A stretch of DNA of 64,000 nucleotides from an uncultured Rhodospirillaceae bacterium (GTDB taxonomy: Bacteria > Pseudomonadota > Alphaproteobacteria > UBA9219): assembly GCA_964626265.1 (NCBI GenBank), contig CAZVCG010000006.1:133-64132 (forward strand), read 5' to 3'. The number at the start of each line of letters is the position of its first letter. The stretch's first letter is position 1. Positions 47,143 through 56,364 of the stretch are shown piece by piece. Below the pieces are notes generated by a model. That model did not search any database. It was given only the letters and a program-made list of their open reading frames with translations, and was not told the origin of the DNA. Position numbers and translations under genes: made by a program.

Positions 47143-49212
47143 CTAACCCGCCTGAGCCTTGGGAGTTGTTGCGGCGGGGGCTTCTTTGCGTCCTTGCACC
47201 TGCTCGCGCATGACTTCGTCGCGATAGACGTATAAAGGAACGTTTTCGCTGACCATGGCTTTGTCGTCGCTGGCCGTGAATTTGTAGACGCGAACGGACG
47301 GAAAGGCTTTTTCTTCTTCCGTCAGTCCCGTCACGACGTCGAACCTGTTGTAAGCTTCGCGTTCATAGCTCTTGATCGGCCTGCCTTGGCGCTCCGTTAC
47401 GGGCCGCGATTTACGGACATAGCCGATGCGCAAACGGCAATCTTGCCCGAATATTTCCTGCACGACAGGATCGAGCATTTCATGAACTTTTGCCGCATCG
47501 ACTAAGCCATCAGAGCCTCTGAATTTCGAACGGGCTATATGCTTTTCTTCTTCCCACAGTTCGTTGACCGGCAATTTGCTGTGTCCCGTTGAAGATCCCG
47601 GCGTCAGGTTCACGCGAACGGGTCTGTTAGCAGGCGTTTTATGTGAGAAAGGCTGCGCCCCATCGGCATCGCGCCGTTTCACGACTTCGCGTTTCGCATC
47701 GGCCAGTTTTCTTATGAACGTTTTCGGCGACCCAACGATGTAAAACAGACGCGCAATAAGCCCGGCGATCATGCCCGTGTGGGATTCATGCTTTGCGACA
47801 CAGGATTCTATATATTCCTGCGTATAATTTTCAGGGTTAGGAACGTCGCGGAGAAGCTCCAGATAACCTTTCATGATTTTATCGCTGTCGGTCATGACTT
47901 GGGTAAGGGACGACACGACCGTCTCCTCTGACGACAACCACAAGGCGATTTTGCGGGGATGATGGAAAATTCGCCCCGCTTTCTTTTCTCTTTTAATAAG
48001 GTCGGGATTGACGACTTCGCGCAGGTGCGTGAACTTGAAGCCTCCCTCGACCGCCTCCACAAACGCGCCAATACGCAGCCGCGCAGGATCGTCCGAACGC
48101 TGGAAATGGGCTTCATTGGGCAAAGGCGTAGGGCCGTAGATTACGCATGAAGGCAACGGCGTCCCTCTTTCAGCCAGCTTTTCGATGACTTCCTCGATAA
48201 CCATATGCTTTTCGTTTTCAACAGCCAGATCATGGGCTTTCCGGTCAAATTCGACGTGGGGAACCTTCCGCAACGCATCCACATACGGCTGAAGTTCCTG
48301 TCTTTCCTCTTTTGTCGCGGCGTTGTCGTAATGGTACTGGATAACCTGGGGCAACGACATTTTAGCGAGCTGCTCGTCCGAGACCAGGCCAAGTACTTTC
48401 CTGACATGATTGGGATTCTTCGAAGCTTCTTTCAATTGTCTGACTTTTTCAGGATCGAAAAGTATCGGCGCGCTGTAATAATTGTTTAAGCCGTTCGCGC
48501 GATCTTTTTTCTTGTCTTTCTTTTTCTTGCCGTGGTTGTTGTTTGCCCCGTTTTGCGGCCCGGGCGGACTTCTATCGGCGCAATAATTCAGGATGACGAA
48601 AAGTTTGGTGATGTAATGCCCGAATGCGGCAAGCTGCGCGTTGGCCTCCAGTTGTTCACGCGGCGAGTTCCTTTTTCCCATAAATGTCTCATGTTCAAGG
48701 GAATCGGCGTTTATTCCCGTTTGCGAAGAAACGGTAATTTCAGGACCTTTGAGGCTAAAGCTGGCCTTCGCGCCATCGACAACTTTTTCTTCGGTGATCT
48801 CGCGCGTGACGGGATGCTGATAGCGCCTTGTGACGAAGTTCGGTTCAAGCGTTTCATCGACTATCGTGAGCTTAAAGCCGTCGGACTCGTTCGTCGGCTT
48901 GATAAGGTAGCCGATCCGCGCCGTCTGTTGACCGTGCGTTTTGATCCGGCTTTCGATAAATAACGGTTTTTGCGGATCTGCCGGATTCATAAACGGCAAC
49001 CCTTCGAGCCGAAGTTTGTCCTGAAACTCGTAGAGAGGAATGTCGCGGCCACAGTCCAGAACCAACTGGATCAATCCGTTGTCGAGCGACAGCCTGGTTG
49101 CGCGCTCGATGTCGCGCATTACGCGGCGCTGGATTTCCGCGACCTCAGGTAACGATCTATTTTTGTTGCAAAATTTGGCGAGACTAAGCGCAAATGTGTC
49201 TTGTCGATCCAT
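47143..49212 (-). CDS. large hypothetical protein (689 aa) with no recognised domain
   Basis: A long uninterrupted ORF with normal codon composition and no signal peptide or TM segment. It contains a Lys-rich stretch (HGKKKKDKKKDR). Confidence 0.55.
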   Translation of the reverse strand: MDRQDTFALSLAKFCNKNRSLPEVAEIQRRVMRDIERATRLSLDNGLIQLVLDCGRDIPLYEFQDKLRLEGLPFMNPADPQKPLFIESRIKTHGQQTARIGYLIKPTNESDGFKLTIVDETLEPNFVTRRYQHPVTREITEEKVVDGAKASFSLKGPEITVSSQTGINADSLEHETFMGKRNSPREQLEANAQLAAFGHYITKLFVILNYCADRSPPGPQNGANNNHGKKKKDKKKDRANGLNNYYSAPILFDPEKVRQLKEASKNPNHVRKVLGLVSDEQLAKMSLPQVIQYHYDNAATKEERQELQPYVDALRKVPHVEFDRKAHDLAVENEKHMVIEEVIEKLAERGTPLPSCVIYGPTPLPNEAHFQRSDDPARLRIGAFVEAVEGGFKFTHLREVVNPDLIKREKKAGRIFHHPRKIALWLSSEETVVSSLTQVMTDSDKIMKGYLELLRDVPNPENYTQEYIESCVAKHESHTGMIAGLIARLFYIVGSPKTFIRKLADAKREVVKRRDADGAQPFSHKTPANRPVRVNLTPGSSTGHSKLPVNELWEEEKHIARSKFRGSDGLVDAAKVHEMLDPVVQEIFGQDCRLRIGYVRKSRPVTERQGRPIKSYEREAYNRFDVVTGLTEEEKAFPSVRVYKFTASDDKAMVSENVPLYVYRDEVMREQVQGRKEAPAATTPKAQAG

Positions 49213-49346
49213 GAATCATTCCCAAAATTATATTTTTTCTAAATACGCGCGATAATGCCTTGAAATGCAAAGCTACTTTCCCGCTTCGGATCAGGCAAGA
49301 GGATCAATGTTTTCGTTATTATTGTTATATTTCAACGCGTTGTCGT

Positions 49347-50153
49347 CTAGACTTTAAGCCTGTGCTCCATGTCCTCGGCCGGACGGGCGGGGGTTTGGGC
49401 GCGGATGACCTTGGCCGGGATGCCCGCCACCGTCACGTGCGGCGGCACGTCGTCAAGAACAACCGAGCAAGCCGCGACGCGGGCGCCTTCGCCAACTTTG
49501 ATATTCCCGAGCACCGTCGCGCCCGCACTGAGCAATACGCCGGGGCCGATTTTAGGATGGCGGTCGCCCTGCTCCTTGCCGCTGCCGCCGAGCGTCACGC
49601 CGTGAAGGATCGACACGTCGTCGGCCACAACGCTCGTCTCGCCGATGACGACGCCCGTCGCGTGATCGACGAACACGCCCATGCCGAGCTTTGCCGCCGG
49701 ATGAATGTCGACCTGAAAAATCTGCGAACACAAGCTTTGCAGATGATAAGCCAACACGGGTTTGCGGTTGTTCCAGAGCCAATGCGCAATGCGGTGAGTG
49801 TGCAGCGCGGCCGGACCTTTGAAATAGAGAAACGGTTGCACCCACGTGCGGTTCGCCGGGTCGCGCTCGCGGCTCGCGTTCATGTCGCGGATCGCGCCTT
49901 GAAGGATATCGGGATCGCTTTCAATGGCCTTGCGACACACGTCGCGGATCATCGCGGCGTTGTTGTCCACGACGCCCAGACGCTGCCCGAGAAAATGCGC
50001 GAGGGCTTCGCCCATGGAGGCATGATCGAGAATGAAGGTCTTAAGCGTGGCTTCCATCTCCGGTTCCTTGCCGATGATGTCGGCGGCTTCCTTGCGGAGA
50101 GCTTCCCACACCACGCCTTCCTTGATCGTTTTCGTATCGGGCGCTGTTTGCAT
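49347..50153 (-). CDS. cysE: serine O-acetyltransferase
   Basis: SATase N-domain and hexapeptide repeats (IHPAAKLGMGVFVDHATGVVIGETSVVADDVSILHGVTLGG). Confidence 0.9.
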   Translation of the reverse strand: MQTAPDTKTIKEGVVWEALRKEAADIIGKEPEMEATLKTFILDHASMGEALAHFLGQRLGVVDNNAAMIRDVCRKAIESDPDILQGAIRDMNASRERDPANRTWVQPFLYFKGPAALHTHRIAHWLWNNRKPVLAYHLQSLCSQIFQVDIHPAAKLGMGVFVDHATGVVIGETSVVADDVSILHGVTLGGSGKEQGDRHPKIGPGVLLSAGATVLGNIKVGEGARVAACSVVLDDVPPHVTVAGIPAKVIRAQTPARPAEDMEHRLKV

Positions 50154-50156
50154 GGC

Positions 50157-50693
50157 TTACTTTTTCTTCTTTACGGTTTTGTCAGGGTTGTGCGGCACCG
50201 ATGCCGTTTGCGCCGCGCGCCACAAGCGCAGTTTGTTCGCAACGTCCTTGTCGCCAAGCGCAAGGATGGCAACGGCCAGAAGGCCGGCGTTGATCGCGCC
50301 GGCCTTGCCGATGGCCAGCGTGCCGACAGGAATGCCTGCAGGCATCTGGACGATGGAAAGCAAGCTGTCCATGCCGTTGAGCGCCTTGGATTGCATCGGA
50401 ACGCCCAGAACGGGCAACGTTGTCATGGCCGCCATCACGCCCGGCAGATGGGCCGCGCCCCCTGCCCCGGCAATGATGACCTTAAGGCCGCGCTTTTCCG
50501 CCGTGGCGGAATAATCGAGCGCGCGGTGCGGCGTGCGGTGCGCCGAGGCGACGAGAGCTTCGAACGGGATGCCGAAATCCTTCAGGATATCGGCGGCGTT
50601 TTGCATGACCTCCCAATCCGACTGGCTGCCCATCACGATGCCGACGAGTGGCTGTTTTTCGGATTTGGACGATGTTTTGGCTTTGCGCGGCAT
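50157..50693 (-). CDS. purE: N5-carboxyaminoimidazole ribonucleotide mutase
   Basis: [14 protein letters not shown]...ASAHRTP...[15 protein letters not shown] signature. The start is set at MPRKAK. Confidence 0.9.
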   Translation of the reverse strand: MPRKAKTSSKSEKQPLVGIVMGSQSDWEVMQNAADILKDFGIPFEALVASAHRTPHRALDYSATAEKRGLKVIIAGAGGAAHLPGVMAAMTTLPVLGVPMQSKALNGMDSLLSIVQMPAGIPVGTLAIGKAGAINAGLLAVAILALGDKDVANKLRLWRAAQTASVPHNPDKTVKKKK

Positions 50694-50787
50694 AGTCAAC
50701 CCCATGGAAAAAGGAAGCCGCAAAAGTAGTGTTTTTTTAGCTGATTGACCAGCCCTTTAATGTCAGGTCTTATACAGGGTTAATACC

Positions 50788-51429
50788 GTGATTCACCGAA
50801 TTTTGAGGCCTTTCGTGGACAGTTCTCTCGACTTGATCAATGATCCGCTAGCCGACGCCGATTTAACGGTCGAACAACGCCAGACATGGGAAATGACCCG
50901 CTCCGAGCTGCTCATCGCGCGCGAACGCATCGAAGAACTGGAGCTGCGGCTGAAGTCATTGGAAAATAACGCGCATGAAGCCGGCATCGTTCAAACCGTG
51001 CTTTCGCGGCCCGAGTTCAACCGCGAAGTCGCCCGTATGCTGGCGTTCGACGAACGTTATGGCGGCATGTCGAGCGTTTTGTATTTCGACGTCGAAAATC
51101 TTTCCGATATTCACAAAAGCCACGGCAAGGACGTGGCCGACAAAGTCGTGCGCGTCGTTTGCGACGCGCTGACCCATCACATACGCAGTTCCGATATCGT
51201 GGGACGGCTGGCGACCGACGAGTTTGGCGTGCTGCTGGCGCGATGCGACAACGAGGCCGCCTGGAAGAAAGGCGAATCCCTTGCGGAATCGTTGCTAAGC
51301 GAGCTTGAGAAAGTTCCGGGCTGCGAAACGCGCCCTGTCATCAACTATGGCGCCTATACGTTCCGCGAAAAGGAAAACGTCGCCACGGGATTGAAACAGG
51401 CGGCCGAGACGGTGACGAGGAAAGAGTAG
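50788..51429 (+). CDS. coiled-coil protein with a degenerate GGDEF domain (GGDEF replaced by ATDEF)
   Basis: The C-terminal region resembles a diguanylate cyclase fold (YFDVENLSDIHKSHGKDVADKVV...RLATDEFGVLL), but both signature glycines are lost. Confidence 0.55.
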   Translation: MIHRILRPFVDSSLDLINDPLADADLTVEQRQTWEMTRSELLIARERIEELELRLKSLENNAHEAGIVQTVLSRPEFNREVARMLAFDERYGGMSSVLYFDVENLSDIHKSHGKDVADKVVRVVCDALTHHIRSSDIVGRLATDEFGVLLARCDNEAAWKKGESLAESLLSELEKVPGCETRPVINYGAYTFREKENVATGLKQAAETVTRKE

Positions 51430-51450
51430 CTAGCGTTGAACGGACTATAT

Positions 51451-51471
51451 CCTCTCCCGCAAGGGGAGAGA
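51451..51471. repeat. REP-like hairpin CCTCTCCCGCAAGGGGAGAG between convergent genes (terminator-like)
   Basis: It is identical to the hairpin at 17558-17578. Confidence 0.6.
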
Positions 51472-51480
51472 ATTTCAATA

Positions 51481-51681
51481 TCACGCAATAATATCCGGCA
51501 GGACCTGGCTTTCGAGCTTGTTGATCTCGTCGCGCAAAAGCAGTTTTCTGCGCTTGAGCCTTTGCAGCTGCAGCATGTCGGGTCTCATGCGTTGCGAAAG
51601 GGCTTGGATGGCATCATCGATATCGCGATGCTCGGCTTTGAGTTCTTCCAGCCGCTCGATTAGTTTTTCCTGATTGCTCAT
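51481..51681 (-). CDS. DUF465 (YdcH-like) family small protein
   Basis: LIERLEELKAEHRDIDDAI...LKRRKLLLRDEINKLE matches DUF465. The start is at the internal ATG. Confidence 0.55.
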   Translation of the reverse strand: MSNQEKLIERLEELKAEHRDIDDAIQALSQRMRPDMLQLQRLKRRKLLLRDEINKLESQVLPDIIA

Positions 51682-51804
51682 TCCGTCATTTCTATTAAAA
51701 ATTAAGACCATAGCTCCATAGCAGAGAATCGGAGTATTTTCCACGGTTCCTTATGGCGATAAACACTATTATTCGCTCTATTTAACTGTTTTTTCGAGGT
51801 TTTC

Positions 51805-52923
51805 ATGGCACCCTACTCCAAACGCGTTGCCCTGCTCACGTCCGGAGGCGATTGCGCCGGACTTAACGCCTGCCTTCGAGCTGTCGTTTTGCACGCCGCC
51901 AAATACAATTGGGAGGTCGTCGGCATCGAATCCGGCACGACCGGCCTTTTGGACGATCCGCCTTCAGCGCGCGTCCTGAACGTCAGCGACGTCGATACCT
52001 TTATGCTGCGTCAGGGCGGAACGGTTCTTGGCACAACGAACAAAGGCAACCCTTTTGCCTATCCCATGCCGGACGGGTCGCTGAAGGATTTGTCCGAAGA
52101 CATCATCAACGGTTTCAAAAAACTTAGGTGCGAAGCGTTGATCGGCATCGGCGGCGACGGCAGTCTCGCCATCCTGCATCGTTTGTCGCAACAAGGCGGC
52201 TTCCCGCTGATCGGCATTCCGAAAACCATCGATAACGATCTTGGCATAACCGAAACCTCCATCGGCTTCGATACGGCCGTTGCCGTAGCGACGGAAGCGC
52301 TTGACCGTCTGCAACCAACAGCGGCGAGCCATGACCGCATTATGGTGCTGGAGGTCATGGGACGCGACGCGGGTCATATCGCCCTTGCTTGCGGCATTGC
52401 GGGCGGGGCCGACGTCATCCTCGTGCCGGAAATCCCCTATTCGCTCGAAGAAATCGCGGCGCACATCAAGCGCATCCGCGAAGGCGGGCGCAACTTCGCG
52501 CTGATCGTCGTTTCGGAAGCCGTGCGCACGCAAGAAGGCGAAAGCGTCACGCAATCCTATTTCGGCGGGCAAAACCGTTTCGGGGGCATCGGCCATTACA
52601 TCGGCAAACAGATCGCCGATATGTGCGAGGCGGAAACGCGCGTCACGGTTCTCGGCCATGTTCAACGCGGCGGACAGCCGAGCGCGCAAGACCGCTTGCT
52701 CGCCGCCGCCTTTGGCGTTCATGCCGTGGAATTGATCAAGGCGGGCAAATACGGGCGCATGGTGGCGTGGTCGAACCGCAGGGTCATCGACGTGCCGATC
52801 AGCGAAGCGATCCAACACTACCAAGCCATTGAACCGGATAGCGCCTTGGTCAAAACGGCCCGCGGTTTGGGGATTTGCCTGGGCGATAAGCCGGGGACCG
52901 CGCCGGAAGACGCCTTACCATGA
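51805..52923 (+). CDS. 6-phosphofructokinase (PfkA family)
   Basis: LTSGGDCAGLNA and GIPKTIDNDL motifs. Confidence 0.9.
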   Translation: MAPYSKRVALLTSGGDCAGLNACLRAVVLHAAKYNWEVVGIESGTTGLLDDPPSARVLNVSDVDTFMLRQGGTVLGTTNKGNPFAYPMPDGSLKDLSEDIINGFKKLRCEALIGIGGDGSLAILHRLSQQGGFPLIGIPKTIDNDLGITETSIGFDTAVAVATEALDRLQPTAASHDRIMVLEVMGRDAGHIALACGIAGGADVILVPEIPYSLEEIAAHIKRIREGGRNFALIVVSEAVRTQEGESVTQSYFGGQNRFGGIGHYIGKQIADMCEAETRVTVLGHVQRGGQPSAQDRLLAAAFGVHAVELIKAGKYGRMVAWSNRRVIDVPISEAIQHYQAIEPDSALVKTARGLGICLGDKPGTAPEDALP

Positions 52924-53103
52924 TTCCGTTAAAATTCACGTAACCACGTCCCCAAAAAATATTCTCTTTTTCAAGAAGATAATAGATAAAATGCGCCCCA
53001 ATTCGCACACGCAAAAATTTAATCGTCACAAAATTTCGCCCAATTTGGGTTATAATGACCTCTTAGTCGAATAAGCCAAATTGTAACTTGAGGAGGCTCT
53101 AAA

Positions 53104-53286
53104 ATGGCACGTGAACAGCGTATTGAGTCTTTACAGAAACGTCACTCCACTATCCAATCGCAAATCGAATTCGAGGAGGCCCGGCCCGCACCAGATACAG
53201 CCCTCATTCAACAACTTAAGCGGGAGAAATTATTGCTGAAAGACGAGATTACGCGACTGACAACCCAACGTCAGGAAGCCGCATAG
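53104..53286 (+). CDS. DUF465 (YdcH-like) family small protein, paralog
   Basis: A 60-aa product with the LKREKLLLKDEITRL motif. Confidence 0.6.
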   Translation: MAREQRIESLQKRHSTIQSQIEFEEARPAPDTALIQQLKREKLLLKDEITRLTTQRQEAA

Positions 53287-53348
53287 AACTATCGCAGCCT
53301 TTACATGGCACAACTGCAAAGGCCCGGTTTCCGCCGGGCCTTTTTTTA

Positions 53349-54065
53349 TCAACCCATCCCGCGGGTCATGTCATCGGGATCGATGTCGGGTTGTTCCTGT
53401 GACCCCAGATCGACGATGTCCATTGTTTCAGCCGTATCTTCCGGCTCAACGTTTTCAATAGGCGGCATATCGGGCTGCGGCAATTGCGACGGGTCTTGCA
53501 TCTGTTGTTCCGCGTTTTTCGCGGCGGCTTTGGCTTCACGCGCGACACGTCGCTGGGCGCGCTTCAAGGCGGCATCCAGATCGGATTGCTTGCACAGGCC
53601 GATGAGCACAGGGTTGCGCGGCTTGATGTTCGACGCGTTCCAGTGCGTGCGGTCGCGCACTTTGGCGATCGTGTCTTTCGTCGTGCCGAGCAAACGCGCG
53701 ATTTGCGCGTCCAGCAATTCGGGATGCGTCTTGACCAGATAAGCAATGCCGTCCGGTTTATCCGCACGTTTTGAAACGGGCGTGTAGCGCGGCCCCTTGG
53801 TGCGCGCCACGGGCTGCGGCAAGTCGCTGCGCACCATCTTGAGGCGCGCGCGGGGATCGGCTTCGCAGCGTTTGATTTCTTCGGCTGTCAGCTGACCCGA
53901 AATGACAGGATCCATGCCGATGATGCCGGCGGCGACTTCGCCATCGGCGATAGCCTGCACCTGCAGTTTATGCAGTCCGCAAAACTCGCCGATTTGCTCG
54001 AACGTTAGCATCGTGTTTTCCACGAGCCAAACAGCGGTCGCCTTGGGCATAAGGGGTAAAGGCAT
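53349..54065 (-). CDS. DUF1013-family protein (alphaproteobacterial cell-cycle associated)
   Basis: MPLPLMPKATAVWLVENTMLTFEQIGEFCGLHKLQVQAIADGEVAAGI. The start is at the ATG with an AAGGAG RBS. Confidence 0.6.
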   Translation of the reverse strand: MPLPLMPKATAVWLVENTMLTFEQIGEFCGLHKLQVQAIADGEVAAGIIGMDPVISGQLTAEEIKRCEADPRARLKMVRSDLPQPVARTKGPRYTPVSKRADKPDGIAYLVKTHPELLDAQIARLLGTTKDTIAKVRDRTHWNASNIKPRNPVLIGLCKQSDLDAALKRAQRRVAREAKAAAKNAEQQMQDPSQLPQPDMPPIENVEPEDTAETMDIVDLGSQEQPDIDPDDMTRGMG

Positions 54066-54274
54066 AGTCATCTCCTTGAAACAATCATACTTCGGGGGCC
54101 ATCCGCTCACGCCTAATGAGCGGACGATCCAAAAGGCCCTTGTTTTTCTGGATCGATTAAAGCGGTACCGCAGCGCATGGGGCCGGGGCGGCTTCAACGC
54201 CTATCTTACCAGCCTTGGGGCCGGATTCCATCTTTTTATAAAGGCTGGAACAAAGATGGTTAAAGTTAATGTTT

Positions 54275-54565
54275 CTAACGGTTTTTTCCGCTCGTGCAAC
54301 CGCAGTCGTTGCCCACGCAGACGGTCTTTTTGGGCTTATTCGCCCCCGCGATGGTTCTGGTTTGCATAGGCTTGAAGGCGTTCTTGCCTTGCGGAAAGGC
54401 GTCTTGCGAAGCGCCGGTTCGAGCTGAACGGGGGTTGATATTGGTTCTGGAAATGGGGTATTTCGCGGCGAAATCGTTCATATCGTTCGGGTACGTTTTT
54501 GTAGCCCATACCGGCGAACTTACCGACATCAACGCCGCGATAACAACTATCGTCAATCCGCGCAT
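54275..54565 (-). CDS. small secreted hypothetical protein
   Basis: Signal peptide MRGLTIVVIAALMSVSSPVWA and a Cys-containing C-terminus. Confidence 0.35.
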   Translation of the reverse strand: MRGLTIVVIAALMSVSSPVWATKTYPNDMNDFAAKYPISRTNINPRSARTGASQDAFPQGKNAFKPMQTRTIAGANKPKKTVCVGNDCGCTSGKNR

Positions 54566-54652
54566 TCTTAACCTCCTCGACAAATGGCCAAAGCGAGGCC
54601 ACTATAGGAGATTATAGTGCCCATGTCTCCACTCTAATGTTTGCGGCCCGCC

Positions 54653-54838
54653 ATGATCAACCTCGACGACCTCGATCCCCCGCGTCCGGTTCTTAAACCG
54701 CTCGATTTGCAACAAATGTCGATTGAAGATTTGGAAAACTATATTTTATCTCTTGAGGGCGAAATCATACGCGCGCAAGACATGATCGCCAGCAAGCAAG
54801 CCCACAGGAACGGGTTGGACAGTCTTTTCAAGAAATGA
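54653..54838 (+). CDS. DUF1192-family small protein
   Basis: MINLDDLDP...SIEDLENYILSLEGEIIRAQDMIASKQ fits the alphaproteobacterial DUF1192 pattern. Confidence 0.5.
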   Translation: MINLDDLDPPRPVLKPLDLQQMSIEDLENYILSLEGEIIRAQDMIASKQAHRNGLDSLFKK

Positions 54839-54848
54839 TTCGCAGGCG

Positions 54849-55241
54849 TTATTTCTTAGCGGGCGGCGGCTGAGGCCCTTGCGCCAACGGCGTTGGTCCC
54901 GGAGACTGCAAATTAGGGGCCTCCATGACGATATATAGGACGATCCTTTCGCCCTCCATCTTGACGCACTTGCGGCTGTTGCGCGGCAGAATGATGTTGT
55001 TCTCGACGCAAAACTGAATAACGGGGCCGAGCAAATCCCCCAGCTTGAAACAGAAGTCCATGTTCTGGACGTTCTTGCCATAGGCCATTTTCACGGAGAC
55101 GTTTAACGTCGATTCCGGCCCGCCCTGACAGGAAACGATGTCGCCATGCGGCAGGAAATCAGGAACAGTGCGGCGATAGGCGTCCATTGCGCCTACGATC
55201 TCTTCTTTCGTAAGGATGATTTTTCGCAGTTCCTCGACCAT
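54849..55241 (-). CDS. hypothetical protein
   Basis: A 130-aa ORF with a Pro-rich C-terminus. Confidence 0.4.
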   Translation of the reverse strand: MVEELRKIILTKEEIVGAMDAYRRTVPDFLPHGDIVSCQGGPESTLNVSVKMAYGKNVQNMDFCFKLGDLLGPVIQFCVENNIILPRNSRKCVKMEGERIVLYIVMEAPNLQSPGPTPLAQGPQPPPAKK

Positions 55242-55421
55242 GAAGAACTCCTGTTCTTGTTTTGCAAAATGAAAAAAATATCCAAAATGTCGAAATTATG
55301 CTTACCCAAAAAGATACCATAGAAAGCTTAAAAAAGTTTTCCGATTGCCTAAAATGCAAGACATTTCTTGCGGTTAGCGAAAAAAGCTTTGAATTTGCAA
55401 GCAATTTATAAAGCCCCTGTT

Positions 55422-55673
55422 TTAAGAGGTTTTTATCCTTTCTTTCAATTCGCTTAAAATCAGCAGCCTTAAGGCACTCGAAAGGTTGCCGGAACGGGAC
55501 CGGTCGGTCTTTTCTATCAGTTTATTAAGCGAAATTCCCTTTTGCAAAGCGACGCTTTTGAGTTCCTCCCAAAATGCCGGCTCAAGCGAAACACTTGTCC
55601 TGTGTCCGGCGATTTTGACGGACCGCTTGATCATGCGTCGCGCAACGGCGGTATGAAATTCCTTGTTTTTCAT
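55422..55673 (-). CDS. ribbon-helix-helix domain protein
   Basis: KRSVKIAGHRTSVSLEPAFWEELKSVA...SLNKLIEKTD matches the RHH_4-like family. Confidence 0.55.
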   Translation of the reverse strand: MKNKEFHTAVARRMIKRSVKIAGHRTSVSLEPAFWEELKSVALQKGISLNKLIEKTDRSRSGNLSSALRLLILSELKERIKTS

Positions 55674-55787
55674 GACGAACTTGTCCTCAGGGATAAACGT
55701 CTATAACATCCGGCCGCATGGACATCACCCTTTTTTTGCCATGTTAACCGGATAGGTTTTTTCGCAAACCACAACACAGCGCGATCC

Positions 55788-56360
55788 ATGCACAACCGTT
55801 TTATGTTAGCGGCGTTTGTAACGATAGGCATTACAAGCCTGTCTTTGGAGTCTTATGCCGAAAAACCATCGGCGGCTCTTGTCGGAACGCCTGTCGTGCG
55901 CGATTCTAGCGTGATGATGCTCGGCGGCAGGAGTTTTTCATTGTGGGGCGTTATGCCGCTCGCCGGTGACCAAAAATGCTGGAACGAGAAGAGTTCCTGG
56001 GACTGCGGCGAGCAGGCGACGATAGCTCTCAAGCATTTCGCGGAAAACGGTTACCTTGAATGCCATATCATGGACGAGCCCGTCGAGGGACGTCTCAAAG
56101 CGCAATGCTTCCGCAAGAAAGGCGACAAGTCGATCGATGTCGCGCAGTTCATGGTCAGGCACGGGTGGGCGATGGATGACGCCGAAACGTCCGGCGGCCA
56201 ATATGCCAAGGATCAGGAGGAAGCCGTCAGGAAAAAACGCGGCATCTGGGGAAGCCGTTTCCAGACCGCCGAGGACTGGCGCGCCGGAATTCAAAAGTTC
56301 GTGGAATGTCCCGAGGACAAGGAAAAAGACAAAGCTAAGGACAAAGACAAAGATCAATAG
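55788..56360 (+). CDS. thermonuclease (SNase-like) family protein with substituted catalytic positions
   Basis: Signal peptide and SNase-like fold cues (…GIWGS C-terminal match to SNase …LNIWS). The DGDT/DTPE catalytic motifs are not conserved. It has a KDKAKDKDKD tail. Confidence 0.5.
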   Translation: MHNRFMLAAFVTIGITSLSLESYAEKPSAALVGTPVVRDSSVMMLGGRSFSLWGVMPLAGDQKCWNEKSSWDCGEQATIALKHFAENGYLECHIMDEPVEGRLKAQCFRKKGDKSIDVAQFMVRHGWAMDDAETSGGQYAKDQEEAVRKKRGIWGSRFQTAEDWRAGIQKFVECPEDKEKDKAKDKDKDQ

Positions 56361-56364
56361 CTTA

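Noticed and set aside
49260-50729. 489-aa ORF on the plus strand
   Set aside because: It is antisense to cysE and purE, which both have clear family signatures. It is an Arg/Ala-rich shadow frame typical of high-GC DNA.
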